In this document: positions 40,276 through 49,957 of the stretch, piece by piece
Layout of the letters: each line of letters begins with the position of its first letter
Numbering within the stretch: position 1 is the first letter of the stretch
Assembly (NCBI GenBank): GCA_965237415.1
Contig: CBDEFM010000002.1
Location: 1,664,001-1,728,000, forward strand
Direction of reading: 5' to 3'
Length of the DNA: 64,000 nt
Source: Alphaproteobacteria bacterium
Lineage (GTDB): Bacteria > Pseudomonadota > Alphaproteobacteria > UBA828
The notes under the pieces: model-generated
The model's database searches: none
Seen by the model: only the letters and a program-made list of their open reading frames with translations
What the model was told of the DNA's origin: nothing
Position numbers and translations under genes: made by a program

Positions 40276-41196
40276 ATGAGCAGCCGAGGGCCATATCGGA
40301 TACCGCCGACGAGCGTCTTGGTCGCCTTCGAGAGTGCCGCTCGGCACGGCAACTTCTCTCGAGCCGCTCGTGAGCTGCGCACGTCGCAATCCGCCATTAG
40401 CCGCCACATTGCCAGCCTCGAGAGGCAACTTTCGACACGACTGTTCGAACGGTCCCGGACCGGGGTGAGCCTGACCGACGCTGGAAACCGCTACCGTGAT
40501 GCCGTCGCCATCGGGCTCGGTGCCATCCATGCGGGTGCCGCGGAGGTCGCCGAACTATCGACTGAAGAACAGGTGGAGGTGGTGATCGCTTGCTCGGACG
40601 AAGCATCGCACCTCTTCTTGATGCCGCGATACGGTGCGCTCCAGAAAGCGCTCGGCGACCGGGTCCAGATACGCGTGCTGACCTATCAACACGACATACA
40701 GTATTTGCCCCCGCTTCCGCGTGCCGATGTCATCCTGAGCTGGGACTCTGAGCAGGCCGCCTCCGACGACCGCGTGGTTGTTATCGAGGAAGAGGTGAGG
40801 CCGCTTTGCTCGCCAGGCTATGCCGCCTTGCATGCCGACGTGTTGAACGGACCCGTGACAGGCTGGGGCGGGCTGACATTTCTCGGTGTCTCGCGGCCCA
40901 ATGAAGGCTGGTCGTCGTGGGAGGATTGGTTCGATGTTGTCGGACATCCGGTCCCCGCCCCCCGGCAATCGAGCTACGACAGCTATACATATGTGCTGGA
41001 ATCGGCCGCCGCAGGACACGGTATTGCCATAGGCTGGCGTCACTTCATAGAGCGCTATCTTGAGTCCGGGGCGCTGGTCGCTCTCACCGACGGGTTTCTG
41101 AAGACCGAGAATTGCTTATACGCCGTTGTCACCGAGAAAGGGCGACAAAGGTCCATCGCACGCAAATGCCTAACCATCTTCGAACGATTTGTGTAG
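40276..41196 (+). CDS. LysR-family transcriptional regulator (GcvA-like)
   Basis: FESAARHGNFSRAARELRTSQSAISRHIASLE HTH. Confidence 0.92.
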   Translation: MSSRGPYRIPPTSVLVAFESAARHGNFSRAARELRTSQSAISRHIASLERQLSTRLFERSRTGVSLTDAGNRYRDAVAIGLGAIHAGAAEVAELSTEEQVEVVIACSDEASHLFLMPRYGALQKALGDRVQIRVLTYQHDIQYLPPLPRADVILSWDSEQAASDDRVVVIEEEVRPLCSPGYAALHADVLNGPVTGWGGLTFLGVSRPNEGWSSWEDWFDVVGHPVPAPRQSSYDSYTYVLESAAAGHGIAIGWRHFIERYLESGALVALTDGFLKTENCLYAVVTEKGRQRSIARKCLTIFERFV

Positions 41197-42172
41197 CGCA
41201 CCGGATATTGCGCAGGCAACGGCCCGTCGATCATCTCAAGCTGGAGCGATCTTCTAGGACTACAAGAGAGTATTTGTGACGTTCAATATTCCATTCACGG
41301 CGACGACGCGTGGCTTCAGACGCCAAGCAATCGAAAATTCAAGCGCAAATAGGCGACGTTGATGTTCGGCACGCGTATGGATGTCGAGCTTTTGGGTAAA
41401 CCGGTTATCATGAACAAGCAGACGCGGTGGACAATGGACCGCATCTTCTGAAGAGTGTCAGAAAAGTCGCGCAACCCCTTTGGTGACGTGCGATTCCCAG
41501 AGGAGGTTGGAGGCAAGGTAACGGTGCAGCCGGCAATCAGCATCGCCGCTACTGCAGAGACGCTCATTTTCGAAGCCGTGTTGCGTTTGGGCTAGAATGC
41601 TCCGGCGAACGGAGGGCAATGAGGACGGGAAGAAATTCAGCCGGTCCATATATGAGCTGCGTTGGAGGTTGAGGAACGACTCGCTCGCCCAGGACCTGAT
41701 GAAGGTCGCCCCCAGCATTGCGCCGGATGCGATTAGCGCCGCCGGTGAAAGGCTCTTAATGCCGAACTGGCACTCAATGGCAAAACGCGATGGAATGTCC
41801 CAGTGGCACTTAACCAGTCGGTGCACGTCGGAGAAAAAGGGACAACGCTGCCCGCAGGACCGGCAGGAGGGGCGCCGCGGCAATCAAGAGGGCCGGTCTC
41901 GGAATCGCCGAACAAAGCCGACCGGAAGGCATTCTCGCGAACGGTATGCGCCACCATCGGCGTGCCGAGCGGATGCGAGCTCTTGCGGATATTCCAGAAC
42001 GCGTACCCGTGTATGGGGCTGACCGCTGCACGCGCGTCGTCCGCGACGAAGCGAATTGCTTGCCGCGCACCCGACGCGATCGCCGGGCAGGACAGTCATC
42101 GTCAAAATGCCGGAGCCGAGGACGCCCGCTCCGGTCAGCGCAGGGCGGACGTGCCTCCCCGTAGCGCTCCGC

Positions 42173-42598
42173 TCAGCTCGGGGAAGCGCCGTGAATGCGG
42201 CCGAGCAACGGACTCTGATGCCAACAGACCTGAAGCCACTTGCCGTCGCTGTGGTACCAGGTTTGAGTGAAGCCCATGAACCGCTGCCTGAAGCCCGCGT
42301 CGCGTGGCTTGCCGCGAAAGGTCGAGAAGCCGCTGACATGGCCGGTGGTTCCCCAGACCCTGAAATTCAGCTCGCGCGGGATCCACTTGAAGTGCTCCCA
42401 CAGGCCGTCGCCGCCGGCGTGGAAGTCGATATGGTCCACGAACTCTTCTTTGGTCATCCGCCAGGGATAGTCCTCGTCCAGAATCTCGGCGCCGTCGTCG
42501 ATCGCGCTCCAGAAGGCATCGAGATCGCCTTCGTTGAGCCCGCGCGCCCATGCGTGAAAGGCAGCCTCCAACCCCGCCGCCGTGGCGTCCTGCGTCAT
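42173..42598 (-). CDS. NTF2/SnoaL-like protein
   Basis: Ends W..VCWHQS; GGAGGAG RBS before ATG 42598. Confidence 0.75.
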   Translation of the reverse strand: MTQDATAAGLEAAFHAWARGLNEGDLDAFWSAIDDGAEILDEDYPWRMTKEEFVDHIDFHAGGDGLWEHFKWIPRELNFRVWGTTGHVSGFSTFRGKPRDAGFRQRFMGFTQTWYHSDGKWLQVCWHQSPLLGRIHGASPS

Positions 42599-42765
42599 CG
42601 CTCTCCTCCTCCGGCCGTATGGCGTCACTGCCAGCGCACCTCACCATATCCGCGGCTGAAACGCCATTGCCGCCGCCATCCACTATTCGTTTCCGGCCCG
42701 CCCCCGACGCACGCGTGTACACGCCGAAGGCGGGGCGTCGGGGAGCTCGGCAACGCGGAAGCACA

Positions 42766-43374
42766 ATGACCGGGAAGGAGGTTATCGTCCTGACGGTAGG
42801 GCACTCCAATCATCCGCTGGAGACCTTCCTGGCGTTGCTGCGGCAGCACGGTGTCACCGTTGTCGCCGACGTGCGCTCGGCTCCCTACAGCCGCTTCAAC
42901 CCGCAGTTCAACCGCAAAGCCCTCGAAGACCGCCTGGAGACAATCGGCATCGAGTATGTGTTCTTGGGACGCGCCCTCGGTGGGCGCCCCGAAGACCGCT
43001 CCTGCTACGAGGACGGGCGGGTTCGCTACGACCGCCTGGCTCGAACGCCGCTCTTTCGCGAGGGGCTCGAACAGGTTGCCGAGGGCGCGGGGCGCCAGCG
43101 CATCGCACTGATGTGCGCGGAGAAGGAACCGCTGGACTGCCACCGCACGATCCTGGTGGGCCGCAGCCTGGTCGAGCGCGGGGTCGCCGTAGCTCACATC
43201 CTCGCCGACGGCTCGCTCGAGCCCCACGACGAGACGATGGACCGATTGCTGGACTCCATGGAACTGCCGAAGGGGGATCTCTTGCAATCGAGAGAGGAAC
43301 TGATCGAGGAAGCTATTGCCCATCGAGAGAGGCGGATCGCCTTTGCGGGCAAGACTGCCAAGGCGCGTCGATAA
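42766..43374 (+). CDS. DUF488 family protein
   Basis: TVGHSNH, DVRSAPYS, LGGRP, ALMCAE.EP..CHR. Confidence 0.9.
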   Translation: MTGKEVIVLTVGHSNHPLETFLALLRQHGVTVVADVRSAPYSRFNPQFNRKALEDRLETIGIEYVFLGRALGGRPEDRSCYEDGRVRYDRLARTPLFREGLEQVAEGAGRQRIALMCAEKEPLDCHRTILVGRSLVERGVAVAHILADGSLEPHDETMDRLLDSMELPKGDLLQSREELIEEAIAHRERRIAFAGKTAKARR

Positions 43375-43449
43375 CGGTGGGGCGACCTGCCGGCCCGGCG
43401 GCCGCAGCGCTTGCGGGGGCCGGGGCAGGCTCCTATTGTCGCGACGTGG

Positions 43450-43523
43450 GCGGGTGTAGCTCAATGGTAGAGCAGAAGCTTCCCAAGCTTACGACGAGGG
43501 TTCGATTCCCTTCACCCGCTCCA
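43450..43523 (+). tRNA. tRNA-Gly(CCC)
   Basis: GCGGGTG/CACCCGC stem, loop TTCCCAA, TCCA end. Confidence 0.97.
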
Positions 43524-43634
43524 TACCGCGCCCGGCCGATGTCGCGGATGCGGTTCGGTCCCCGGTCCCGGCAAACCGGCGAAACGTGAGGGCTGCCGGG
43601 GGCGCCTCGCCGGCGACCTGCGGCTGAGGACGCG

Positions 43635-44840
43635 ATGTCCGACCGTTCCCGCATTCTCTTCATCAATGTCGGGCACGGGCTCGACCATCTGTTCCTGCTT
43701 CTCTACCCCACGGTGGTGCTCACCCTCGAAGGGGTGTTCGGCCGCTCCTATGGCGAGCTTCTCTCCCTCGCCGTTCCCGGTTTCATCGCCTTTGCCGCCG
43801 GCACGCTGCCGGCCGGCTGGCTCGGCGATCGCTGGAGCCGGCCGGCCATGCTCGCGGTGTTCTTCGTCGGCGTCGGCGCATCGGCCATCCTCACCGGGTT
43901 CGCCCGCACGCCCTTCGAGCTCGCGGTCGGGCTCTCGCTGGTCGGCCTCTTCGCCTCGATCTATCACCCCGTCGGCATCGCCATGCTAGTCGAGGGGCGG
44001 GAGAAGGTCGGCAAGCTTCTCGGAGTCAACGGAGTCGCCGGCAATTTCGGCCTCGCGGCGGCGGCGATCGTCGCCGCGTCGTTGAGCGAGGCGATCAGCT
44101 GGCGCGCGGCATTCTTCGTGCCGGGCGCGGTCTCGCTGCTCGTCGGGCTCTGGTTCATCGCGGTTTGCCGGCAGTGGCGCAACGTCGCGGCAACCCCCTC
44201 CCGCCCCTCCGTGGGAAAGGCGTGGGGCCGGCCGTCGCGCACCATGCTGCGGGTGGTGCTGGTGATCGGCCTGGCAACGACGCTGACCGGCTTGACGTTC
44301 CAGACCACGACCATCGCACTGCCCAAACTCTTCGACGACGGGCTCACGGGAATCGCCGACGGCGCCCTCGGCGTCGGCGGGCTGGTCTCCCTCGTCATCG
44401 CCGTAGCCGCCTTCTCCCAGATCGGAGTTGGCTGGCTGATCGACCGCTACCCGACGAAGCCGGTCTGGATTGCGGTGCTGTTCGCCCAGGCGCCGCTTGT
44501 TGCCGCCGCCGGCCTGCTCGCGGGCCACGGGCTGATCGTCGTGGCCCTCGCAATGATGATGGTGGTGGTCGGCGAGATCCCGATCCAGGATGCGCTGGTC
44601 ACCCGCTACACCGCAGAGAGCTGGCGGGCGCGTATCTTCGGCGTCAAGTTCATGCTGGGCCTCGGCGCGAGCGCTGTGGCGGCGCCGCTGGTCGCGGGCC
44701 TGCATGGCGTCTCCGGCGGATTTCTCTGGCTTTTCGTCGGCCTCGGCGGGTCGGCGGCGCTGGTCGCAATCGTCGCCTTCTGGCTGCCGGGCGAGCAAGC
44801 GAGGGCGCCGCAGCAGGCCGTCGCCAAAGTCGAGGCCTGA
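43635..44840 (+). CDS. MFS transporter
   Basis: About 12 hydrophobic segments, GWLGDRWSR, ASIYHPVG. Confidence 0.9.
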   Translation: MSDRSRILFINVGHGLDHLFLLLYPTVVLTLEGVFGRSYGELLSLAVPGFIAFAAGTLPAGWLGDRWSRPAMLAVFFVGVGASAILTGFARTPFELAVGLSLVGLFASIYHPVGIAMLVEGREKVGKLLGVNGVAGNFGLAAAAIVAASLSEAISWRAAFFVPGAVSLLVGLWFIAVCRQWRNVAATPSRPSVGKAWGRPSRTMLRVVLVIGLATTLTGLTFQTTTIALPKLFDDGLTGIADGALGVGGLVSLVIAVAAFSQIGVGWLIDRYPTKPVWIAVLFAQAPLVAAAGLLAGHGLIVVALAMMMVVVGEIPIQDALVTRYTAESWRARIFGVKFMLGLGASAVAAPLVAGLHGVSGGFLWLFVGLGGSAALVAIVAFWLPGEQARAPQQAVAKVEA

Positions 44841-44986
44841 CGCAGCAACGGGTCGGCTTTGCTGTTGCGTTCCGTCCGCTGCCCTATGCTAAGCTTGCAT
44901 CAACAACTTCAAGACGCGGTCGGCGCGGCTCCCCGCCCGCCGGCAGTCGCGCGACCCTCGAACCAAACGCAATGGGAGGCGGCTCG

Positions 44987-46387
44987 ATGGAGTGGTTTCA
45001 TAAACGGAAGCAGACCAAGAAGCAGAAGTTCGACGAGGAGATCAAAGCCTCTGGCGGCATCGTCGATCCGCTGAACCCGTCGCGGCGCGGCTTCATGTCG
45101 ATGGCCGGCACCGCGGCCATCGGCGCGATGGGCGTGGCCGGGGCCAACACCCTCGTCGCGCTGAACAACGGCGCCAAGGCCGACGGCGAGCCGATCCCTG
45201 TCGGCGCCATGCTGCCCTACACCGGTTGGGGCGCGGAGGATTCGCGCAACTTCGAGGCCGGCATCAACTTGGCGGTCGAGGAGATCAACTCCTTCGGCGG
45301 CATCAACGGCCGGCCCATCGAGGTCCATTTCGAGGACACCAAGGGGATCACGGCCGAGACCGTGACCTCGGCCGCGCGGCGCCTGATCGACCGGCACGAG
45401 GTGCATGCCATCGTCAATGGCTACAACTCGCTCTCGGTGCGGGCCGAGTACGACACCATCGCGGATGCAGGCATTCCCTACATCCACGACAACACCCAGT
45501 ACGGCCACCAGTTCGCGGTCAGAGACAACATGGATCGCTACTGGTGCTGCTTCCAGGACGATCCGTCCGAGTACTATTACGGCTCGGGCCTGATCTACTT
45601 CCTGGACGAGCTGGAGAAGCTCGGCAAGTGGAAGCGGCCCAATAACCAGTTCGTGCTCTTCTCGGGCAGCATCGACTATGCAATCACCATCGCAGCGGCG
45701 ATCCGCGACACGGCGCCGCAGTTCAACTGGGAGCTCGCGATCGACGACGTCGTGACCCAGCCGGTCGACGACTGGGGGCCGGCACTGGTGCGTGCGCGGG
45801 AGGTCAAACCCGCCATCATCGCCGCGACTCACGGCTTCCCGACCGATCAGACGGGCCTGGTCACCGGCTTCGCCGAGAACCCGACCAACAGCCTGGTCTA
45901 CGTGCAGTACGCGCTGCAGCAGCGGGCCTTCCTCGACATCGTCAAGGAGACCGGCCAAGGCGTGTTCTGCTCGACCACGATCGGCACCCTGCAGGACGAG
46001 ATCGGCAACGCCTTCTCGCGGAAGATTCGCGAACGCTGGGGCGAGGACATGACCCCGATGGTCGCGGGGCAGGTCTACGATTCGTACTACCTGTGGGCGA
46101 TCGCGGCCTGCCGCGCCGGCGGCTCGGGCGTGCCCTATGACGGCATCGAGCAAAACAAGAAGGTCTGCCACTTCATCCGCGAATCGATCTATCGCGGCGT
46201 GGTCGGGACCATCAAGTTCATGTGGGGGCAGGCGGCGCAGCCCTATCCGGCGGAGACCAACGACCCGTCGCTCGGCATGCCGACGATCATGATGCAGTGC
46301 CAGGATTGGACCAAGGACGTGGTCTTCGTCGGACCGTCGCCTTACGACACGGCCGACTGGATGACCCCGCCGTGGACCACCGGCTAG
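44987..46387 (+). CDS. Branched-chain/amide-type ABC substrate-binding protein with Tat signal
   Basis: SRRGFM, AVEEINSFGGINGRPIE; GGAGG RBS. Confidence 0.88.
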   Translation: MEWFHKRKQTKKQKFDEEIKASGGIVDPLNPSRRGFMSMAGTAAIGAMGVAGANTLVALNNGAKADGEPIPVGAMLPYTGWGAEDSRNFEAGINLAVEEINSFGGINGRPIEVHFEDTKGITAETVTSAARRLIDRHEVHAIVNGYNSLSVRAEYDTIADAGIPYIHDNTQYGHQFAVRDNMDRYWCCFQDDPSEYYYGSGLIYFLDELEKLGKWKRPNNQFVLFSGSIDYAITIAAAIRDTAPQFNWELAIDDVVTQPVDDWGPALVRAREVKPAIIAATHGFPTDQTGLVTGFAENPTNSLVYVQYALQQRAFLDIVKETGQGVFCSTTIGTLQDEIGNAFSRKIRERWGEDMTPMVAGQVYDSYYLWAIAACRAGGSGVPYDGIEQNKKVCHFIRESIYRGVVGTIKFMWGQAAQPYPAETNDPSLGMPTIMMQCQDWTKDVVFVGPSPYDTADWMTPPWTTG

Positions 46388-46439
46388 GCCCCATCACCCC
46401 GGAGGCATAAGAACAAGAGCCGGGATCACGGTCCAGCCG

Positions 46440-47246
46440 ATGGCTTCTGGGGAACGTGCACCGCTGCTGGCGTGCCGTAACGTCTTCAAGTATTTCGACG
46501 CGCTGGCGGCGGTGAACGACTTCGATCTCGACGTACACGCAGGCGACGTGGTTGGCATCGGCGGCCCGAACGGCGCCGGCAAGACCACCTTTATCGATGT
46601 GATTTCGGGCATCAACCCGGCCACCAGCGGCGAGATCAAGCTGGACGGGCGGGACATCTCCAAGGTCCGCCCCGATCTAATCTGTCATCGGGGGATGGCC
46701 CGCACCTTCCAGCTCAACGCAGGCTTCGATTCGCTCACGATTCGCGAGAATGTGCTGATCGGCTCGGCCTTCGGCCTCGGAGACCGCGGCGTGCCGGCGG
46801 TGACCTTCTCACGGGCGATGCGCGAGCGGGTGGACCGCGCCCTGGAGCTATGCCGGCTCACCGATCGCGCGGAGGCGGTCGCCCGCGACGTGCCTGTGCT
46901 CGAGCGCAAGCTCCTGATGCTGGCGAGCGCGGTTGCGACCGACCCCAAGCTGCTCCTTATCGACGAGCCGGTGGGCGGCCTAAACCCGCACGAAGTCGAC
47001 GACGTGATGGAGATCGTCCAAGGCCTCGCCGCCGAGGGCATGACGATCATCCTGATCGAGCATGTGATGCGCTTCCTGCTCCAGATTTCGACGCGGGTCG
47101 TCATCATGCATCACGGCGAGAAGATTTATGAGGGCAACACCCAGAGTCTGCTGAGCGACCGGCGCGTCGTCGAGGTCTATCTCGGCGAGGGCACGGCGGA
47201 TCGCCTGCAGCACATGCTGGCAGACCGGGCGACCGCCAATGGCTGA
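46440..47246 (+). CDS. LivG-like ABC ATPase
   Basis: GPNGAGKTT, ARTFQ, IDEP, IEH, VYLG. Confidence 0.92.
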   Translation: MASGERAPLLACRNVFKYFDALAAVNDFDLDVHAGDVVGIGGPNGAGKTTFIDVISGINPATSGEIKLDGRDISKVRPDLICHRGMARTFQLNAGFDSLTIRENVLIGSAFGLGDRGVPAVTFSRAMRERVDRALELCRLTDRAEAVARDVPVLERKLLMLASAVATDPKLLLIDEPVGGLNPHEVDDVMEIVQGLAAEGMTIILIEHVMRFLLQISTRVVIMHHGEKIYEGNTQSLLSDRRVVEVYLGEGTADRLQHMLADRATANG

Positions 47247-47955
47247 GCCGCTCCTCACCGTTCAGAACCTACATGCGGGCTACGAAGGGCTGAGCGTCCT
47301 CAGGGACGTGTCATTCGACGTGCCCGAAGGAGGGCTCATCACCCTCCTCGGCCCCAACGGGCACGGCAAGACCACACTGCTGCAGTGCATCGCCGGTCTC
47401 CTCAGGCCGAGCGCCGGCCGGATTGAGTTAGCGGGACGGCGGATCGAAGGCGCCGAGGCGGAGACCGTCGTCGGACTTGGCGTCGTCCTGATCCCGCAGG
47501 GCGACATGCTTTTCCCGGACATGAGCGTCTACGACAATCTCAAGATGGGAGCCTACCTGCCCCGGGTGCGCAAGACATTCGAGCAGGAGGTCGAGAAGAT
47601 CTACACGATCCTGCCCCGGCTGAAGGAGCGCACGACGCAGCTCGCGCGCACCCTCTCGGGCGGTGAGCGCCGGATGCTCGCCATCGGCCGCGGCCTGCTC
47701 TCGGGCGGGCGCATCCTGATGATCGACGAGCCCTCGCTGGGCTTGGCCCCAATCGTCATCGACCAGATCTACGAGATCATCTCCGACCTCAAGGCATCGG
47801 GGCGCACGATGCTCCTGGTGGAGGAGAATGCGAGCCGGATCATCGACATCGCCGACCGCATCCATCTGCTCGACACGGGCCGGATCGTCTGGGCCGGCGA
47901 CGGCGAGGAGCTGCATTCGAACCAACAGATCCTCGAGACCTACCTCGGCGGCTGA
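47239..47955 (+). CDS. LivF-like ABC ATPase
   Basis: GPNGHGKTT, LSGGERRML, DEPSLGLAP. Confidence 0.92.
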   Translation: MAEPLLTVQNLHAGYEGLSVLRDVSFDVPEGGLITLLGPNGHGKTTLLQCIAGLLRPSAGRIELAGRRIEGAEAETVVGLGVVLIPQGDMLFPDMSVYDNLKMGAYLPRVRKTFEQEVEKIYTILPRLKERTTQLARTLSGGERRMLAIGRGLLSGGRILMIDEPSLGLAPIVIDQIYEIISDLKASGRTMLLVEENASRIIDIADRIHLLDTGRIVWAGDGEELHSNQQILETYLGG

Positions 47956-47973
47956 CGGCATCGGCGGCGCACA

Positions 47974-48867
47974 GTGAACTTCTTTATCCAGATCATCGTG
48001 AGCGGCCTCACTTTCGGCGCCATGTATGCGCTGGCCGCGGTTGGGCTCGCCCTCGTCTGGGGCGCGTTCAACATGCTCAACATGAGCCACGGCATCATCA
48101 TGACGCTCGGCGCCTACTTCGTGCTCGTCTGGGCCGAGGGGTGGGGATTCCCTCTCTGGTTCGCGGGCCCCTTCGCGTTCATCGCCGGCGGGCTCCTGGG
48201 TGTGGCGATCTATTTCGTCTCGGCGCACTGGATGCTGCGCCAGAAGAATTTCGAGGTGACGATCATCATCGCCACCTTCGGCCTCGGCATGGCGCTGGAA
48301 GCGGGTCTGATGAAGATCCTGCGCGAGTGGTTCCAGGCCTCGCCCTACGCGCAGCCGCTCTCCATGGGCGCCGATTCGTTCCTCGTCGGCGACGTCCCGG
48401 TCAGCTATCAGCGCATCATCATCTGGGCTGTGGCCGTGGTGCTCATCGTCCTCGTCGGGCTCTTCCTGACCCGCACCACCATGGGCCGCGCCATCCGCGC
48501 GACCGCGCAGAACCGCGACGCCGCGCGCCTGGTGGGCGTCAAGGTCAAGCGGATCTATGTCATGGTGCTCGCGCTCGCGAGCGCGCTTGCGGGCGTCGCC
48601 GGCATCATGCTGACCTCGTTCAAGGACGTCGTGCCGCTGATGGGCCAGACGCCCATGCTGAAGGCGTTCATCGTCATCGTGCTCGCCGGCCTCGGCAACA
48701 TGACCGGCGCGCTCTATGCCGCGCTCCTGATCGGCATGGTGGAGGCGGCGGTCAAGGTGCTCCTTGCCGACAAGTGGGGCTTCCTCGCCATGCTCGTCGT
48801 GGTGGTCATCGCGCTCATCTGGCGCCCCGCCGGGTTGTTCGGCAAGCACCAGGTCGCACGGCAATGA
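47974..48867 (+). CDS. LivH-like ABC permease
   Basis: YALAAVGLALVWG..NMSHG, GRAIRATAQN, WRPAGLFG. Confidence 0.92.
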   Translation: MNFFIQIIVSGLTFGAMYALAAVGLALVWGAFNMLNMSHGIIMTLGAYFVLVWAEGWGFPLWFAGPFAFIAGGLLGVAIYFVSAHWMLRQKNFEVTIIIATFGLGMALEAGLMKILREWFQASPYAQPLSMGADSFLVGDVPVSYQRIIIWAVAVVLIVLVGLFLTRTTMGRAIRATAQNRDAARLVGVKVKRIYVMVLALASALAGVAGIMLTSFKDVVPLMGQTPMLKAFIVIVLAGLGNMTGALYAALLIGMVEAAVKVLLADKWGFLAMLVVVVIALIWRPAGLFGKHQVARQ

Positions 48868-48877
48868 CGGCAGCACG

Positions 48878-49936
48878 ATGAAGAGCCGCGACTACATCCT
48901 CTTCGCCATCCTGCTGGCGGCGGCGGCGGCGTTCCCCTTCATGGGGATCCCCCGCTACATCATCGCGAGCGCGCTCCTGCTCTTTTGCTACGCGACCGTG
49001 GTCAGCCAGTGGAATCTGGTGTTCGGCGTCGCCGGCATCTTCTCGCTGGCGCAGCTCGCGATCTTCGCCTTCGGCGCCTACACGACGGCGCTGATGGGCC
49101 GCTACCTGGACTGGAGCCTGTGGCCCACCTTCCCCGTGGCCGGTGCCGCCGGCGTCGTGTTCAGCATCTTCATCGGCCTCGCCTGCCTGAGAATGCGGGG
49201 CATCTATGTGGCGCTGCTGACGCTCGCCATCTCGCAGACCATGTTCGTGCTGATCCAGACGGATTCGAACTGCAGCGCGCTCAACAAGGCGATCAATCCG
49301 TCAACCTGCGTCTCGTTCACCGGCGGCGCGCAGGGGTTGGGAGACTTCGGCAACTTCGGCTGGCGCGAGGTGCTGGGCGGGCGCAACTGGATGATAGGCG
49401 ACTACTACTCCATGCTGGGCCTGCTCATCGTCGCACTCGTCTTTACGGCGGCGATGACTCAGAGCCGCATCGGGCTTGCCTTCAAGGCGCTGCGCGACAA
49501 TGAGGAGCTGGCCACCTCGCGCGGGGTGAGCGTCTTCAAGTACCAGCTCATCGTCTTCGCGGCCTCGGCCTTCCTGACCTCCATGGCTGGCAGCTTCTAC
49601 GCGGCACACTTCGGCTCGGTCGGCTCCAACCTCGTGTCCTTCCCGCTCCTTCTATTCCTGATCTCGATGCTCGTGGTCGGCGGCATCGGGCGCACCTGGG
49701 GGCCTCTCCTCGGCGCAGGGCTGCTGATGGTCGCCGACGAGTTCTTCAAGGAGTTCTCCGACCTCAGGAATGTCGGCCTTGGGCTGGTGGTCCTGATCTT
49801 CATGATCTTCCTGCCCGAAGGCGTCGCCGGCGCGATCGAGTCGGTCAGCAAGTTCCTCCAGAGACTGGCATTTGTCCGATACATCCAACGGCGATTGGCC
49901 GGGGCCCTGCGACGAGACTCGGCCACGCCTGACTAG
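48878..49936 (+). CDS. LivM-like ABC permease
   Basis: WNLVFGVAG, RMRGIYVALLTL, ALRDNE, LPEGV. Confidence 0.9.
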   Translation: MKSRDYILFAILLAAAAAFPFMGIPRYIIASALLLFCYATVVSQWNLVFGVAGIFSLAQLAIFAFGAYTTALMGRYLDWSLWPTFPVAGAAGVVFSIFIGLACLRMRGIYVALLTLAISQTMFVLIQTDSNCSALNKAINPSTCVSFTGGAQGLGDFGNFGWREVLGGRNWMIGDYYSMLGLLIVALVFTAAMTQSRIGLAFKALRDNEELATSRGVSVFKYQLIVFAASAFLTSMAGSFYAAHFGSVGSNLVSFPLLLFLISMLVVGGIGRTWGPLLGAGLLMVADEFFKEFSDLRNVGLGLVVLIFMIFLPEGVAGAIESVSKFLQRLAFVRYIQRRLAGALRRDSATPD

Positions 49937-49957
49937 GCTCACCGCGGAACGGACGCG

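Noticed and set aside
42766-43374. DUF488 as part of a defence system
   Set aside because: It is a single gene with no partner nuclease or second DUF488 nearby, so there is no support in this window.
44165-44986. N-terminal extension of the 740-aa ORF as a fusion protein
   Set aside because: It overlaps the MFS gene out of frame; the RBS and Tat motif support a start at 44987.
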